Made by a program: the position numbers and the translations under genes. The notes below the pieces were generated by a model. That model was not told where the DNA came from. It saw only the letters and a program-made list of their open reading frames with translations, and did not search any database. Of a stretch of DNA of 64,000 nucleotides, positions 23,401 to 36,880 are shown piece after piece. Position 1 is the stretch's first letter. Every line of letters begins with the position of its first letter. The stretch comes from Lama glama (Eukaryota). Location of the stretch: the NCBI GenBank assembly GCA_028534125.1, contig CM052816.1, forward strand, positions 41,356,001 through 41,420,000, given 5' to 3'.

Positions 23401-25202
23401 ACCTGAAATAATGTCAAGGGGCTGAGACCCCTAACCAGTGGCTCACAGAGGCCACAACTATAACAACTACCTCATTTTGCTTCCTTCCTGACATATTGTA
23501 ACTTTCAAATGTGACGTGCTTTCCTAAAATTAATTTCATCCACGGCTTCTCATTTTTAACTGAGGACAAAATTAAAAAGGGCGAGTTCTAGCTTCTCTAC
23601 CTAGCAGTACTAAATGCACACGCCAAACCTCCAGAAATTCTGATTTGTAATTGATCTGGAGTGAACCCTAGTTGTTAGTATTTTTACATAGTCTCCCTGG
23701 GATTTCTCTCCCAGAGAACGACCACTCTGGCTTATTTGTCTATGCAGGTGCGGCTCATTATTCCTTTACTAAAAAAGAGCTTCAATCCAAACCATAGAGA
23801 GCAGATAGACGTAAAGTCCCAGTTAAATGCAGCAGCAGAGTCAGTCCTGCACGCTCGACATTCTTGCAGCTCTGCAGCTATGCCCTTTCCTGGTGCTCAC
23901 TAGCATGATACATCTCTTAATTGTGAATCAAAATTTTCACAAATAAATCCTAAATAGAATTCAAAAGCTGTCTTTTAAGTCGTTAAACCATTCAACACAA
24001 GAACCCAGACACTAGGTATTTGTTGAGCCTTTGATAAAACTGAAATTAGGACATTGTTTTTACTTCAAATAACCCTCATTGCAAATTTATCTACTGTCTA
24101 TTGGAACAACACTTTTTGTAATGACATTTGTATTCACATGCATTCATATTTCTTTCTATGGCTATTCCATTTTAATTTGCTGTTGGCTAAAAAAATAGTT
24201 GATTCTTCAGCTGCCTTTTTTGGACATGAGATTAGGTCCTCACTGCTTCCAGAGGAGCTCTAAGGCAGCCATAATCAGGAGCTCTGAGTGTACAAGCCAG
24301 TCTCCTGTCTCATTTGCCCCCTAAGCTAATCATTATTTCAACTGGATTTTCACTTGGTGAGAGAATCAGGAGAAAGTTCTTCTCCAGTGATAGCATGGTG
24401 TGTAAAACTGCAAGATAATGGCTGAGAGAGAAATGGAAACTGAGCAGGAAAAATCATTATCCATTTTTTAAATATAAGGGTAGTCTTTCAATCAGCAAGT
24501 CCATTCAGCCTTTTATTCAACTACTGATGTTAAAATTCAGTATCAGTGTTGATGTTTTCTAATCAAGAAGAGTAACACTTGTTACTTAACCAGCATTTAT
24601 GTCACCACTCACGCATTTTCTCATTCCCAGGGCAAATCTATGAGGCAGAACATTCCTCTCTTCTAGACTGGTAAGGTGAGGCTCAGAAATATTGAATGAT
24701 TTTTTTCAGTGTCAAAGAGGAAAATCAGAGTAAGGCAGGACCTAATTCTTAAATTCCCAATCCTTTCTTCATCCCTAACATAAATGTTAACATATTATGA
24801 GTCAAATGAAGGATTGTTACTTTCAGTAATTGATCAAACAAAAAGTATTTCTTTTTCACCTAACACTGTATCATCAGGTCCCATAAGGAAGCAAAAGAGT
24901 AATAAAGCATGACGTCATGGAATTTATAATCTAGTCGAGTCTAGATAAATTAACCATCTAATCTCAGCGTTAAATTTTAAATTCTGATTTTTTTAAGTTA
25001 GCATTTTCAATATCACAATGGCAGATGTAACCAGACAAGCAAGAATTGTGAGAAATACTACAGAACTAATGATCCAATTTCTTCCCACAAATGAAAAGCA
25101 TGAAAAAGAGAGAGAAAGAAAGGAGGGAGAGAAGCCAATAGATTAAAGACTGTTTAAAAAAATGTCAACCAAATTTAAAGTGTGCATCTTCTTTAGATCC
25201 CA

Positions 25203-25331
25203 ATTTTTTTTTATTTTTAGGCGGGAGGTAATTAGGTTTAATTTTAGGTTTATTTTTTATTTTTTAATGGGGGCACTAGTGAACTGAATCCAGGATCTCA
25301 CGCTAAGTAGACACTCTGCCACTGAGCTATG
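25203..25331 (-). mobile_element. Degenerate Vic-1-like SINE inserted in an old L1M fragment (~25010-25490)
   Basis: ggaggtaattaggttt tail motif and ctctgccactgagctat head remnant. Confidence 0.75.
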
Positions 25332-25514
25332 CATTTGATATGATCAGATGCTACGATCCTAATTTGAATAAACCTACTGGGGAAACGTGAACACTGACTG
25401 GGCATTTCATGATAGCAAGGAATCACTAATTTCTTTGAGGAGTTCTAATGCTATTTTAATTACATTTTTAAATATGCTTCAACTCTTAGAAATAAAATTA
25501 AAAGATTAGCAACT

Positions 25515-25740
25515 AGTTAATAATGGCAAGCATTTCGTATGTTCCAAGGACTATGCTAAGTATATTACATGTATTATCTCATTGAAAACTTACACCACTA
25601 AACACTGACTCCCATTTTACAGACGAAAAACTGAGACATGGACTCCGTAAGAGTAACACCCTAGAGTCAGCAAATATCTAAGCTAGTATTTGAATTATCC
25701 AGGTCTGTTTGATCATAAAGTTCATGCTGTAGGCATTCTA
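25515..25740 (-). mobile_element. MIR SINE
   Basis: catgtattatctcatt...cccattttacagacgaaaaactgagac. Confidence 0.75.
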
Positions 25741-28700
25741 CCTGTAGTTAATTGTGAGGTTTTGTTTGTTTATCTACTGCAGCACTTGCCATGCTTTTAA
25801 AGGTAAAAGAAATAAGGAAATTCCATAATTTTCTTTCTGAAGCCTGAATAATAAAAACTTTTACCACTGCTCAGTATGTAAGAAGTCTCACAAAGTCTCA
25901 CAAAGTCCAACTCAGATTTTCTCTTGATTATCACTGTAAGGAATTTGAGGAATTTCTTAGGGGAGGCAGAAACATTGTTCTCCTTGCAAATTGGTTCTAT
26001 AAATTCAGCAAGTTGAGTGAACACATTTAAGAACAAGGGATGTGGTAGAACAGGCATTTAAATCACTTCAACTTCAAAATGCCGTGTGCTCCCTAAATCC
26101 TTTTGATCATTAAGCCAGCAGTAAGTGGATGTCTAAATTAGAACATTCTGAGAAAGACCGTCCAGAAAATTTGAAAGAAATATTGGATCTCTGAATTGAA
26201 TAAACTTTTTCCAGTAATTTATTTGAAAATAAGCCACTGCTCCAAAGAGATAGCCTATTATCATTAATGTACTGAATCCTTTAGCATGCTTTAGAAAATA
26301 ATTGGATGTGGTAAAACTGGAGAGGTAGAGAGATAGGGTTGGAGAGATGATACTTAGAGATACAGAATCTGCAAAGTCCTCCAGATGAACATATTTGTCC
26401 CAATATTGCTCCCATGTGGGACAGTGCTGTGAACTAGTATTGATACATTTTAAAAATTCGGAAGAGAAGGAAGAACTATTGCCTGACCTCCCAACTGTCC
26501 TCTACTCTACATTTGTACCAAAGTACGTACCATTCAGCGTAGTAATGCTGTGCATAGCCAATACCTGGCATTTGTAAAATATGTGTAAGAACAGGCTAAA
26601 TAAGGAAAGGGCTTGCAGCAGCACATTACGTCCACGCTATGGTGCCAGCTGCTGGCTCTCACCTCCACCTCCAGCAGAAGATGGCTGCAGGTGAACATGC
26701 AGATAAAAGGAAGAACTTCTCGTAGTACTCTCTTCAGGTATTACAATTTTAGATCTGTTACCAGGCATTCACAGGAACTTAAGAACTGGAAGTGACCCTA
26801 GAAATCATCTAGTCAAACTCTCTTGTTTTTCGTGCAGACAAAGTAAACTGAAAGAGGTCAAATAATTAGCCTAGGGAGACAACAGAATCAGTTTAACTTA
26901 AGAAAGAGCTAGGACTAGAAATAAAACTTATTTACCTACCAGGGTCATTTTGGAGCAAGCACCCTGCATATCTTGGGAAATTACACTTAAACCTTCAGAG
27001 TAACATTGCATGTTTTAGCTAAATCTTACTCCATGAAATAAACAATACTCCATGAGATGAAAGACTTTAAAACCCTTTTATATCATTAAAAAAACTCAGT
27101 TCTAGAAAATATTTTTCTCTATTTCAAAGTGAAAACATTAGTGACACATATAAAAAATATTTAGAAAGAACTATAAAGAAATGATAGCTTCTCTAAGAAG
27201 TGACACATATCAAGCCATTCTATTAAAAATGGCCAGCATTGGACATTGTATGCATTTTAAAATATTTTTTTCACCAGGAAGATTCTTTAAGGAACTCCTG
27301 TAATTTAACATTTCTGACCAATACTGGATTGTTCATCTGAAAACCCCTATGATATTTTGATTTTTTTTCATCCTTAGCTAGACTCAGAATTCTGAAAGTC
27401 CATTAAATTTCATATCATCTAATTTAAAATCCATAAGAAATAGTATCATAAGACAGTCAACACTAAAAAGAGGCGTCGAACAGAATGTTGCCGATAAAGT
27501 TACACCAAGAAGCAAATGTCAATTTAAGGTCCATTGTTCTCATTCCCATCTCCAGTATTAGTCTTCGAACTTAACAGGAAGAATTTTTCTTAAAAAGATA
27601 AAATTTATCATGGAATCTAAAAATATCAACTTATATATACATATAAATCTTGCCCTAAAGACACTGAAGAGATTAAGAAATTATTTTAAATTCCTAACTT
27701 ACTCATATTGGTAGGAAATTCATATAGGAGATAAGAAAACAGCAGCAAACCTGAAGGTTAAATCTACTAAGACATGAAATCAAGAGGAATTAAAATATAA
27801 TGGGTAAATATAATCATGTCAAAGCATAAAGGAGATATCTAAAGGAGCTCCCTCTGGCCAAATGTGGGACAATTTGACATCAAAATTACAACAGTGTTAA
27901 TAAGTTATTCTGCAATAATTCAATAATGAAATTGAAAAAAAATCATAATCCATACTATTAAAGAGGAGAGAAAAAGAGAGAGAAGATAAAAGCTAATTTA
28001 GCAAACTATTAACAGTTGGTAAATCCAAGTAAGAGATACACAAAGATACACTGCACTACTCTTTGTACTGTAATTTTTTTAAATTTCAAAATAAAATTAT
28101 GGAAAAACAGCAATTCCCCTTCCTTCCCCACCCCCATAATATATACATACAGCAAAAAGGGAAAAAGTGAAGAATATAATCAGATTTTTCTGGCAGAAAA
28201 CTAAAATTCAAACAAAGCTCAGAGTAGTAATAGGATTGAGTGATTAGGTTACAGTCATAACTGGGAAGCTTAAACCCAATCAGTTTTATGAACGTTAATT
28301 TTTTTTCTTTTTAAAGACTATACAAACAGGAATGGAGTAGTGTCTGCTTGTTATGTATGAAAGGGGAGTTTGAAGAACCTAGTATGACTGGTGCTGCTGG
28401 AGGACAGAGGGGTCCGATGAGCACAGAGCTTTGTGTTAACTTGGCAGTTATACCACCATCATGGAAGTGGATGAATCAGGTACCAGCAATGGTGGCACAG
28501 TCGTTAAAACTGTCTAATTCCCTGTTCCTGAACACCCTTCTGTAGATTCTGGTGGGGGTATGGAGAAGAGGAAACACAATGACTAGTCAATAATGCTCTG
28601 TCCCTTTGGCAGGTATATTTCTATTGACATTCTAATAGATACATCAGCCTCCTCTAGTTTGGGTGACTATATATGGTTAAATATGTCTAGGTGACTAGGA

Positions 28701-30199
28701 AAAATAGTGTTTCTGAGTATTTAGATATGTCAACATGGGAAGCAGAGCCTGGGGCATGACAGACATTGGGACCCTTTCTTCACGTAGTGCCTTTATTGTA
28801 CTGCCAAATATGTCTGAAGCGACTTTGAAGCTTATAATAATATAAAAAAGAAATTGATGTTGGAAGGTAATAAACACTTTCAGGAAAAGCAAAAGAATTT
28901 TGGTGCACTTTCCAATAGAAGAAAATACAGCATCTCAGTCTAGGGAGGAGATCTCTACAAGATGATTTTTCCAACTCTCATCTGTGTTGCTTTAGAGGAT
29001 CTTTAATACCTACAGAAATGAGTGAGTGGAAATTAATTCATTTAACAAGATTTGTGCAGTTTCTATCACGAGTGAGGCTTCACTCTGGGAATTCAGCAGT
29101 GATCCCTGCTCTCATGAAGCTTTGTTATACTGTCTATAATTTATTTTAAAGTTCTTCAACATGGAGAGTGAGGCAGTTTTCTTCCACAGGGGCCCTTATC
29201 TCTCAAGCTACACTCTATTTCATGTGTTACATTAGCCTGACTAGTGAAGCAAATTATTTCAGTTTTCAGCACAACACCAGAAGAGAAACTAGTGGGATCC
29301 TGCAATGATAAATCCAGGTATTGTCAAATCCAGTTCACGAATTAAATGCACAACTAATTGAAATTTTCAAGAGATGATTTCCTGCCTGATGTGCTAGATC
29401 TTTGGTTTTTGATCATTTAACAAATACTGGCCATACAAACTGTTCCTGAAACCACTTACAGGAGAGTCCTATGATCTGTTTAGATATCCAAGGAGAGTGT
29501 TAGTGATGGCAGAATGGGAAGTAACAGGATATCAGGATTGGGTATTTGTTGGAATCCGTTCAGCACCAAATAAACGTTATAAATGAAATCACCAGCACAC
29601 AACAGAAATTGTGAAACACCATGGGAATACCCTGGCAGGAAAAGATTACAGTAAATGAAGCAAGTAATCCTTACTAGGAAGTGCAATGAGCAGAGTAAGA
29701 GCACTGAGTCCTACATCTTCGGACACTAAGAGAACTTCACATGACAACAAGAAACACAGGAAATGCAGTACACCATAATAGTTGTTTTCAGGAAGCCATT
29801 ATGGCACAAGTACAATGGGAATTGTTTTTTAAATTAATAGAATATCATTAGAAAGCAGCCATGTTGTGCAGGGTCAATTAGAGTCCTGCAGACAGATATC
29901 TGCTCAGTAAATTACTTCCAAATCTTAGAGGCAACAAGACAAGTTAACATTTTTTCCACCTTTCCAGAAGGAACTGTCATCTAGATTAATAAAAATAGCC
30001 TTAAAGAGTCTACCTGACAGAAGAAAGTCAGTTAGCAACTGTGAAATAAAGGATAGAATTACAAATACAACCACTTCAACAACCCGAATGATATTACTGA
30101 TTCAGCCAAGCTTTATCAGTTGGTGCTAAAAAGATTAGGTAAATGGCTGTTGGTAAACTGGACTTTCACCTAGCTCTAACCAAAGAAAAGAAAAAAGAA

Positions 30200-30780
30200 A
30201 AAAAAATCTGATCACAAGCTAAGAAACATACCTTTATAATGGAAGAATCAGACTTTCAAACCCCTCAATCTTATGATCAAATTTAATATCACCGGTGGGA
30301 CCACCAGATATTTGTGACTCCCAGTGTGATGAAACATGACCTGTGATTTTTAACTTTAGCAAAAATGTTAAACTTTAAAGAGCCTTTAGATCTGACTCCT
30401 GGATTACAGAGATTATTGAGGGTGAAGGAATAAGTAAAACACCACCATAAGAAAGGGATCATACAATGTAAGACAATCTGAAGGACAACAGGGAGAAATT
30501 CAACAAGTCAGGATGGCATCACAAAAAGTACTGTGGAAGAACGGAAGAGACTCAAGAGGTTTAACAAGACATGTTTGGATTGAATCTTGATTCAAATAGA
30601 CCACTTACAAAAGGACAATAATGAAATTTAAATATTAACTGAGTATTAATGTGGCAGTAGTAAATCATTAATTTTGTTACATGTGACAGTGTCATTTGGG
30701 CTATGTAAGGTGGTTTAAAAAAAACCATGTTGAAGTATTAGGATGGGATGTTATATTTATTTATCTTAAAATATATCACC
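30200..30780 (+). mobile_element. Old L1 (L1ME/MD-like) 3' region
   Basis: gatcaaatttaatatcacc, gagactcaagagg, gaatcttgattcaaa, cattaattttgttacatgtgacagtg. Confidence 0.5.
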
Positions 30781-33700
30781 ATAGGTGTGTGATATATATG
30801 TACACAGTAGCTTTAATCTACAAACTAAAAGCGGAATACATATAGCAGGAATAGTTAGCATTTGGAAGATTGTTCAAAATTCCTTCAAAAAGTGCTTTAA
30901 CTATCTTTATCTCCTCCCACCAAAGTATTTATTAATTACTTATTAATTAATAATGTATGTTAGCCATTATTTTGTATTAGTGAAATGACTGGTATTCAAT
31001 GTACACGGATTGGCTAGAAATACTTTGCAGGCATACTGGTCCTGAGTTCTGTTGCTATAATATTTTTCCATCTACCTTGAGCAAACCTTCCACACAAATT
31101 GTTTGTCGGGGGCCCCAAAAAGGGCGTTGGACTTCACTGAGGCAACTGAGAGGTAATATGACTGTGTTGGTGTTCACATTCTAATAAAGGCTTGCTGAGC
31201 TTCAAAATTCGCTCTGAATCTTGCCTGATTTCTCACATTGCTATATATCACCCTATACCTACTGAGGAAAAATAGACCTATATTCTTCACCTCCATCTAA
31301 CAATTGGAAGTCCTTAACTACCTAATCACCAAAAGAACTTAATTGTGAAGGAGCTATGTAGCTTATGCCAGTTTGAAATAGAGGCTAATGGATGGCAACA
31401 GAGAGTAATTTCAGGTGCCCATGTATGTAAACACTGGACTGAGTGCAAAAACAATGGTTGACCAGACAGGGTGTTGTTCTCAAGGAACGTGCATGATGAG
31501 GAGACAAAACACAATACCGTAAAACTTCAGTTTCTATCCAATTTAAATTAAAGGAACTTTCAGAAAATGGTTCATTATTCTTTCATTTAGTTTTGTTCAT
31601 ATAAAAGTAACATCTGGATATCTATTTCTAGTCCAAAACTTAGGGCTTAGCTTAACTTCCAACTAGTTTAATTACCAATTCCTTGCCTTTTTATTTTACC
31701 CGTAAAGCACATCACACACCCTAAAATAGATTGGGATTATCTTTTTAGCATCAAAAGTATAGGTATGCTAGTTCTTTGAAGCTAATCATAAAATATATTA
31801 ATCCTCTCATTCCTACCAAAGTGAAAAAAACAAAGGATGTTTGATAGGACTCCAGGTTCCAACTAATTAATTGATCATAAATCAGTGCTTGCCATTTATA
31901 TGCTAATTCCAAATAAGGCCAAGAAAAATTTCTCAGGTCTTTTATTCACAAACACATTCTTGGTACTGAATCTTGTCAAAATAACTTCCAGCTTTGTTGA
32001 AGCAAAAAAGGAGAAAGAAGCTACCAGATCATTTAGGACTTGACACTTGCAGAGTAAGCAACACATTTTTAAAACTCAAAGGTCAGATATTAAATTTCTC
32101 TGGTCAAGTAATGACTTGATTGAAGATTCCCTGGTCATAATTTGTTAAAGCATCATGGCTTTCAATCTTTTCTACTATTAATCCCTTTGGGCATCCAGTA
32201 GTTTATACAACTAAACAATATATATTTTCTTTTCATTTGAAGCTAAGTAACATGGTATTTAAATATAGCTTTTTGTTCCATCTTATGTAATAGACTTTCT
32301 CCTGAAAAATTGTCCAAACGTCAAATATTTGTGGAGCATATATTTTAACTTCACCAAGAATCCTTACTTAAAATAATAGCATCTAAAATATACAAAGGAA
32401 AAAATACCCTTATGTAACAAGAAGAATTACTCACACTACATTTGTAGTGCAGATATTAACTTTATGTTTGAATATATTTCAAGTGCATCTGGAATTTCTA
32501 ATTAAGGTAACACATAGCTTTTAAGGCTCATTATTCCAGCCAAACAAGTGGGAATTTAAGTTAATTGGTATCTTTATGTATGGCCTTGTGAGTCAAATTT
32601 ACAAATGAACAATCATTTTTTCTTCTTATGACATTTGCAGTTAGGGTTGATATATTTCCTCCAAGTCAATACCACTGCCATTCATGTTGCTTCCCCCAGT
32701 GAAGGGTGCTGCTCTGAGATGTGACCATGTCCTTGAGCTTTTCTCTCCAGAGCTAAGGAGCCGAAGCGGCTCACAGGCCATTCAATTACTTCTATTTAAT
32801 GAGTTTTTTTCCCCCTCACAGAGTAAGTTTTAATTACTAATATTTGCAGAAATATTTCAGGGAAATTAATAAACACGAAGCACTATTTCAAGAAATACAG
32901 AAAAGTGGGTAAAGTCTTCCAAGATCACCGGCTTGAAGGTAGATAATAGACTTTGTTCAACCTGAATCTTTTTTTAGACCCTTCCTCTTTCCTATTTTGA
33001 TCAACTGCCAGAAAACTGCTTTCTTTGGCAGCCGATGATGTTCATTGCCCTGTTGACTCAGTGGCCCTAAGGAAGAACAGCATGAATTTAACTGGTTTGC
33101 AATCCTCAAGAAGCCAAGTCCTCGCCCCGCACTGGCCTTGAGGAAACAATGCTCCCAGGAGGGGGTTTCTCTTTCTCCTGAATGAGTCCTGTCTACTCAT
33201 AAATCTCAAAGAATTGTGTGTTTTGAATAAGTTTTAAATGTATCTGTCCTTTTTTCCTAGTTGATAGACAATAATTTTTTATGAGAGTTACATATTCACT
33301 ATATTCCTCAGCCTTACACCCCCTTATCAGTTCAGTACTATTTTCACTGCATAGTTTTTGGCTCTCTATAGAAGAGTCAAATCTCAAAGGCAACAAACAT
33401 TTCTTTCTTTCTTTTGGGGTACGTGTGTGTATGGGTGTGTGAGCACGTGTGCATGCTATATTCAAAGCAGATGGAAGGCAGTGCTTGTTTGCTCTTTTTG
33501 TCATATTTTTAATTATAAGATTCACATACTTCTGTGGAAAGCAGATAAAAATCATCCATTATTCCATGATTCAAAGATAACAGTAATAAAACTGCACTGT
33601 ATATCTCCTCAATATGTTTCATGTATATGTATACATTTTTTACTTAGTTTGTTTTTCTTTTTTAACAAAAAGCTTCTTTTTAACAAAAAAGTAAAACATA

Positions 33701-33824
33701 TATTTTCTGAGCCAATTTTCCTGTAGCAACATATTATAATATTTTCATGTATCAAAAATATTCTTCTACAATATGATTCTAAGGGAATCATAGCAATGAG
33801 GGTGTTTCAAAGTAGCTGTATGTT

Positions 33825-33850
33825 AGATGACTGGATAAAGAATGTGTGAG

Positions 33851-33891
<41 letters not shown>

Positions 33892-34334
33892 TACACACAC
33901 CATGGAATACTACTCGGCCATAAAAAGAATAAAATAATGCCATCTGCAGTAACACGGATGAAACTGGAGATTGTCATTCTAAGTGAAATAAACCAGAAAG
34001 AGAAGGAAAAAGACCATATGATATCGCTTATGTGTGGAATCTTAAAAAAAAAAAAAGGCACAAGTAAACTTACCTACAAAACAGAAACAGATTCACAGAC
34101 ATAGAGAACAAACTTATGGTTACCAAAGGTAAAGGGGGTGGGAAGAGATAAATGAGGAGTTTGAAATTTGTACCCCTTGGGGAGTGAAAGAAATGTTAGC
34201 TATCTTGATTGTGGTGGTGGTTTCATAGGTGTATATATCTATCAAAATTCATCAAATTTTACACCTGAAATATGTGTAGTTTACTGCACAGATATTATAC
34301 CACAATAAAGGTGTTTAATTAATTAATTAATAAT
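33825..34334 (+). mobile_element. 5'-truncated young L1 3' end with perfect 16-bp TSD and atypical tail; contains (CA)n at ~33859-33901
   Basis: gatgactggataaagaa...ggaatactactcggccataaaaagaataaaataatgccat...acaaaacagaaacagattcacagacatagagaacaaacttatggttacc; TSD aaagtagctgtatgtt at 33809-33824 and 34335-34350. Confidence 0.93.
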
Positions 34335-34549
34335 AAAGTAGCTGTATGTTGTTCATTTTATGCCTATCTTTAGAGATAAAGTAACTGAAAAAATTCATAC
34401 TTTTAGTGACAGTTAAAATGTCTTAAGTGCTTTAATAACATTTATTAATGTCAGGCATTGTGCTAAGGGGCCTATTTTATTTTATTTCATTTCATTTTCT
34501 CATTTTTCATACAAAGTAAAAAAATTGAGCTTTTTATTCATTTTTACAT

Positions 34550-36880
34550 ATTAAAGCAATTTTCATCAGTTGCTTACTATTTGCCTCTTGTGCTAGGAAA
34601 ACAGAGATAAACAATGAGTTCTTAGACTAGCTGTGTTATAGAAAAGTCAGTTAAATATTGTTTTTCTGTGTGCTGGGTACTATGACAGAAACAGGCCTGG
34701 GTGGCACAGGAGCACAGAAGAGGAGCAACTAAATTAAAGTGAGGGTCACCTGTCAAGTGACATTAATCAAAGTTCTGAAGGACAAGAGGGAAGGGTACGG
34801 CAGAACAAAGAAACAACATAAGTAAAAGGACTGCTCAGAAAGATTCAGGTAGTAGTTCATAAACTGGCACCATCACAAGTAGCCCTACTCCCTGGAGATT
34901 CTAATTCAATAAGTTTAGGGCCAGGCCAAGAAACTACACGTGTAACAATGCTCCCAAGAGTTTATTCCATGCAGGCAAGGTTACAGAACAATTCTAGTCC
35001 CTCCAACAGGAAGCCTGATTGTTTTACAATAAAGAGGTAAGGAACTGGCCACCAGCAAGGCTCAGAAAGTGGCCAAAGACAGAACATGTGGGGTAAACTT
35101 TGCCACTTATCCTGAAAGCTAAAAGAACTAAATCCAAAATTGCAGATCAGATTAGCATTTTAGAAAGATCACTCTGTGAAAAATGGAGTGTGATGTGGAA
35201 GGAAACCTGATCTGTGGAAGCTAACCTGGCAAACTAAGTAAGTAAGAAAGTATGAAGATCCTAATCGAAAGAGTGGTTACAAGTGAAGGAAAGAGAAGAA
35301 CAAGAAATATTTAGGAAGTAAATGCCGCAGGGTTTAGTGAATGGTTGGTGACTGATCAGAGTGTTAGGTGTCAGAGAGACCTGGGAAGACCCCCAGGGAG
35401 GCGGCCTGGGAGACTGATAACAGATATGCCATTCACCACAATAGAAGAGCAGATTTGGGGGAAAGAAGGTGGTTCTCTTTTAGATACACTTAATTTTATT
35501 GGCTCTTCCAGTGCAGAGCTCAGTCCAAAACTCAGGAGAAATTTTTGACATGAGGTATAGTTTGTGATATAAAAGCAGTGGAAGGTTAAGCCACATATCT
35601 GAGAAGAACCACAGAATCATAAGGGAGCCAATATCCAATGTTAAAGCAAAAAGAAAGGAACCTACCATGGAGACCTAAAAAGAGTATCCACTTCTTTGCT
35701 GTTGTTGTTGGAGAGAATAGTGTCACAGATATCAAAGAAGTCAAAATCTCAGGAAGGAGAAACATTCAGCCGTACCAAGCACTGTAGAAAAATTAAACAA
35801 GATCAGATCAAGTAATGTCCACTGAAATGTGTCAGGTCAAAGTCAAAGGCGAAAATGCCAAGAACGTGTCTTCTACATACGTTTCCGGTGGGCCCAGCCA
35901 ATCAAGGGATTCCTTCTTAGGAGCTGAATCTCAAGTGTTGACACACAGGGAGGGAAGGTGGTTGAACCTGCATTTGCAAATATATGTGGCCATGAAGGTC
36001 CACAGTTCCATCTTCTAGGATCCTGAAACTTTTGCCCTCAGGAAGCTTTACTGTTTAGCATTTTCTCCTAGGTTATGAGTTACATCAGTCTTGTTGTAAC
36101 GAATTTTATTTTTTCTATACAGAGTTTCTTATCCTTATAGTTAAAAACACCAAGTGCATATAGTAGTCTTCTTTTTGTTTCATTTCTGATGAGATAAAGC
36201 ATTGTTTTCTTTGTTTTCTGAGGTAAATGAGGAGAAGGGAGATGACTGATACAATGAACTCGTTGTGTAGGCAGGAAGGGATGGAATCTAAGCCACAGGT
36301 TCAGAAGTGAACCTTTACTTGGGTATCTCTTCCACCGGGAAGGGCAGGTACAGATGCCAATAAGCTTATAAGTAAGAGGGAGAGGAAGATGTGGTTCTCT
36401 CTTCATGTCCTTGGATTTTCTCAGTGAAAAGGCAGAACCGTCCTCTGCTGAGTCTGAGAAAGCTTGGTGGCAAAGGGGGATTTTAGAGGAGAGGGAAGAT
36501 TTAGAATAACCGCTGTCAGTTGATGAGACATATTGACTATAAATAAGGACTAAGCCTTAGAAAGCAGCAATATGTCATGACATCAGTTGTCACAGCTGTG
36601 TAATTTTTCTCAGAAACTCTCAGCTGCTCAGTTTCAGGGCCAAAGAAACAGGATGGCTACATTAGAGTTGAAAGTAATATTGAAAGCATGATTTAAGTGG
36701 TGGACACCAGTGTCTAAGACTGGACAAGGGAAAATGGGAAGACAGAAGGGGCTGATTGATTAGGAGAAAACGGACGACCCAAAGCACTTGGGGTCATGAG
36801 GTCAAAGAGCAATCATAGTTCAAGTTAGGACAAGAAAGTTACCAGAAACAAATGGTGAGAGAAGCAGATGTCTTGCTTAA
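34550..36880 (-). mobile_element. Fragmented L2 LINE (with MER5-like insert ~34860-34995)
   Basis: Purine-rich L2-antisense motifs: gatcagattagcattttagaaagatcactctg, agaaatatttaggaagtaaa, gatatgccattcacc...gagcagatttggggg, gagagaatagtgtcacag. Confidence 0.65.

Noticed and set aside
24908..24919. catgacgtcatg palindrome (full CRE)
   Set aside because: A single short motif in probable decayed repeat DNA with no supporting context.
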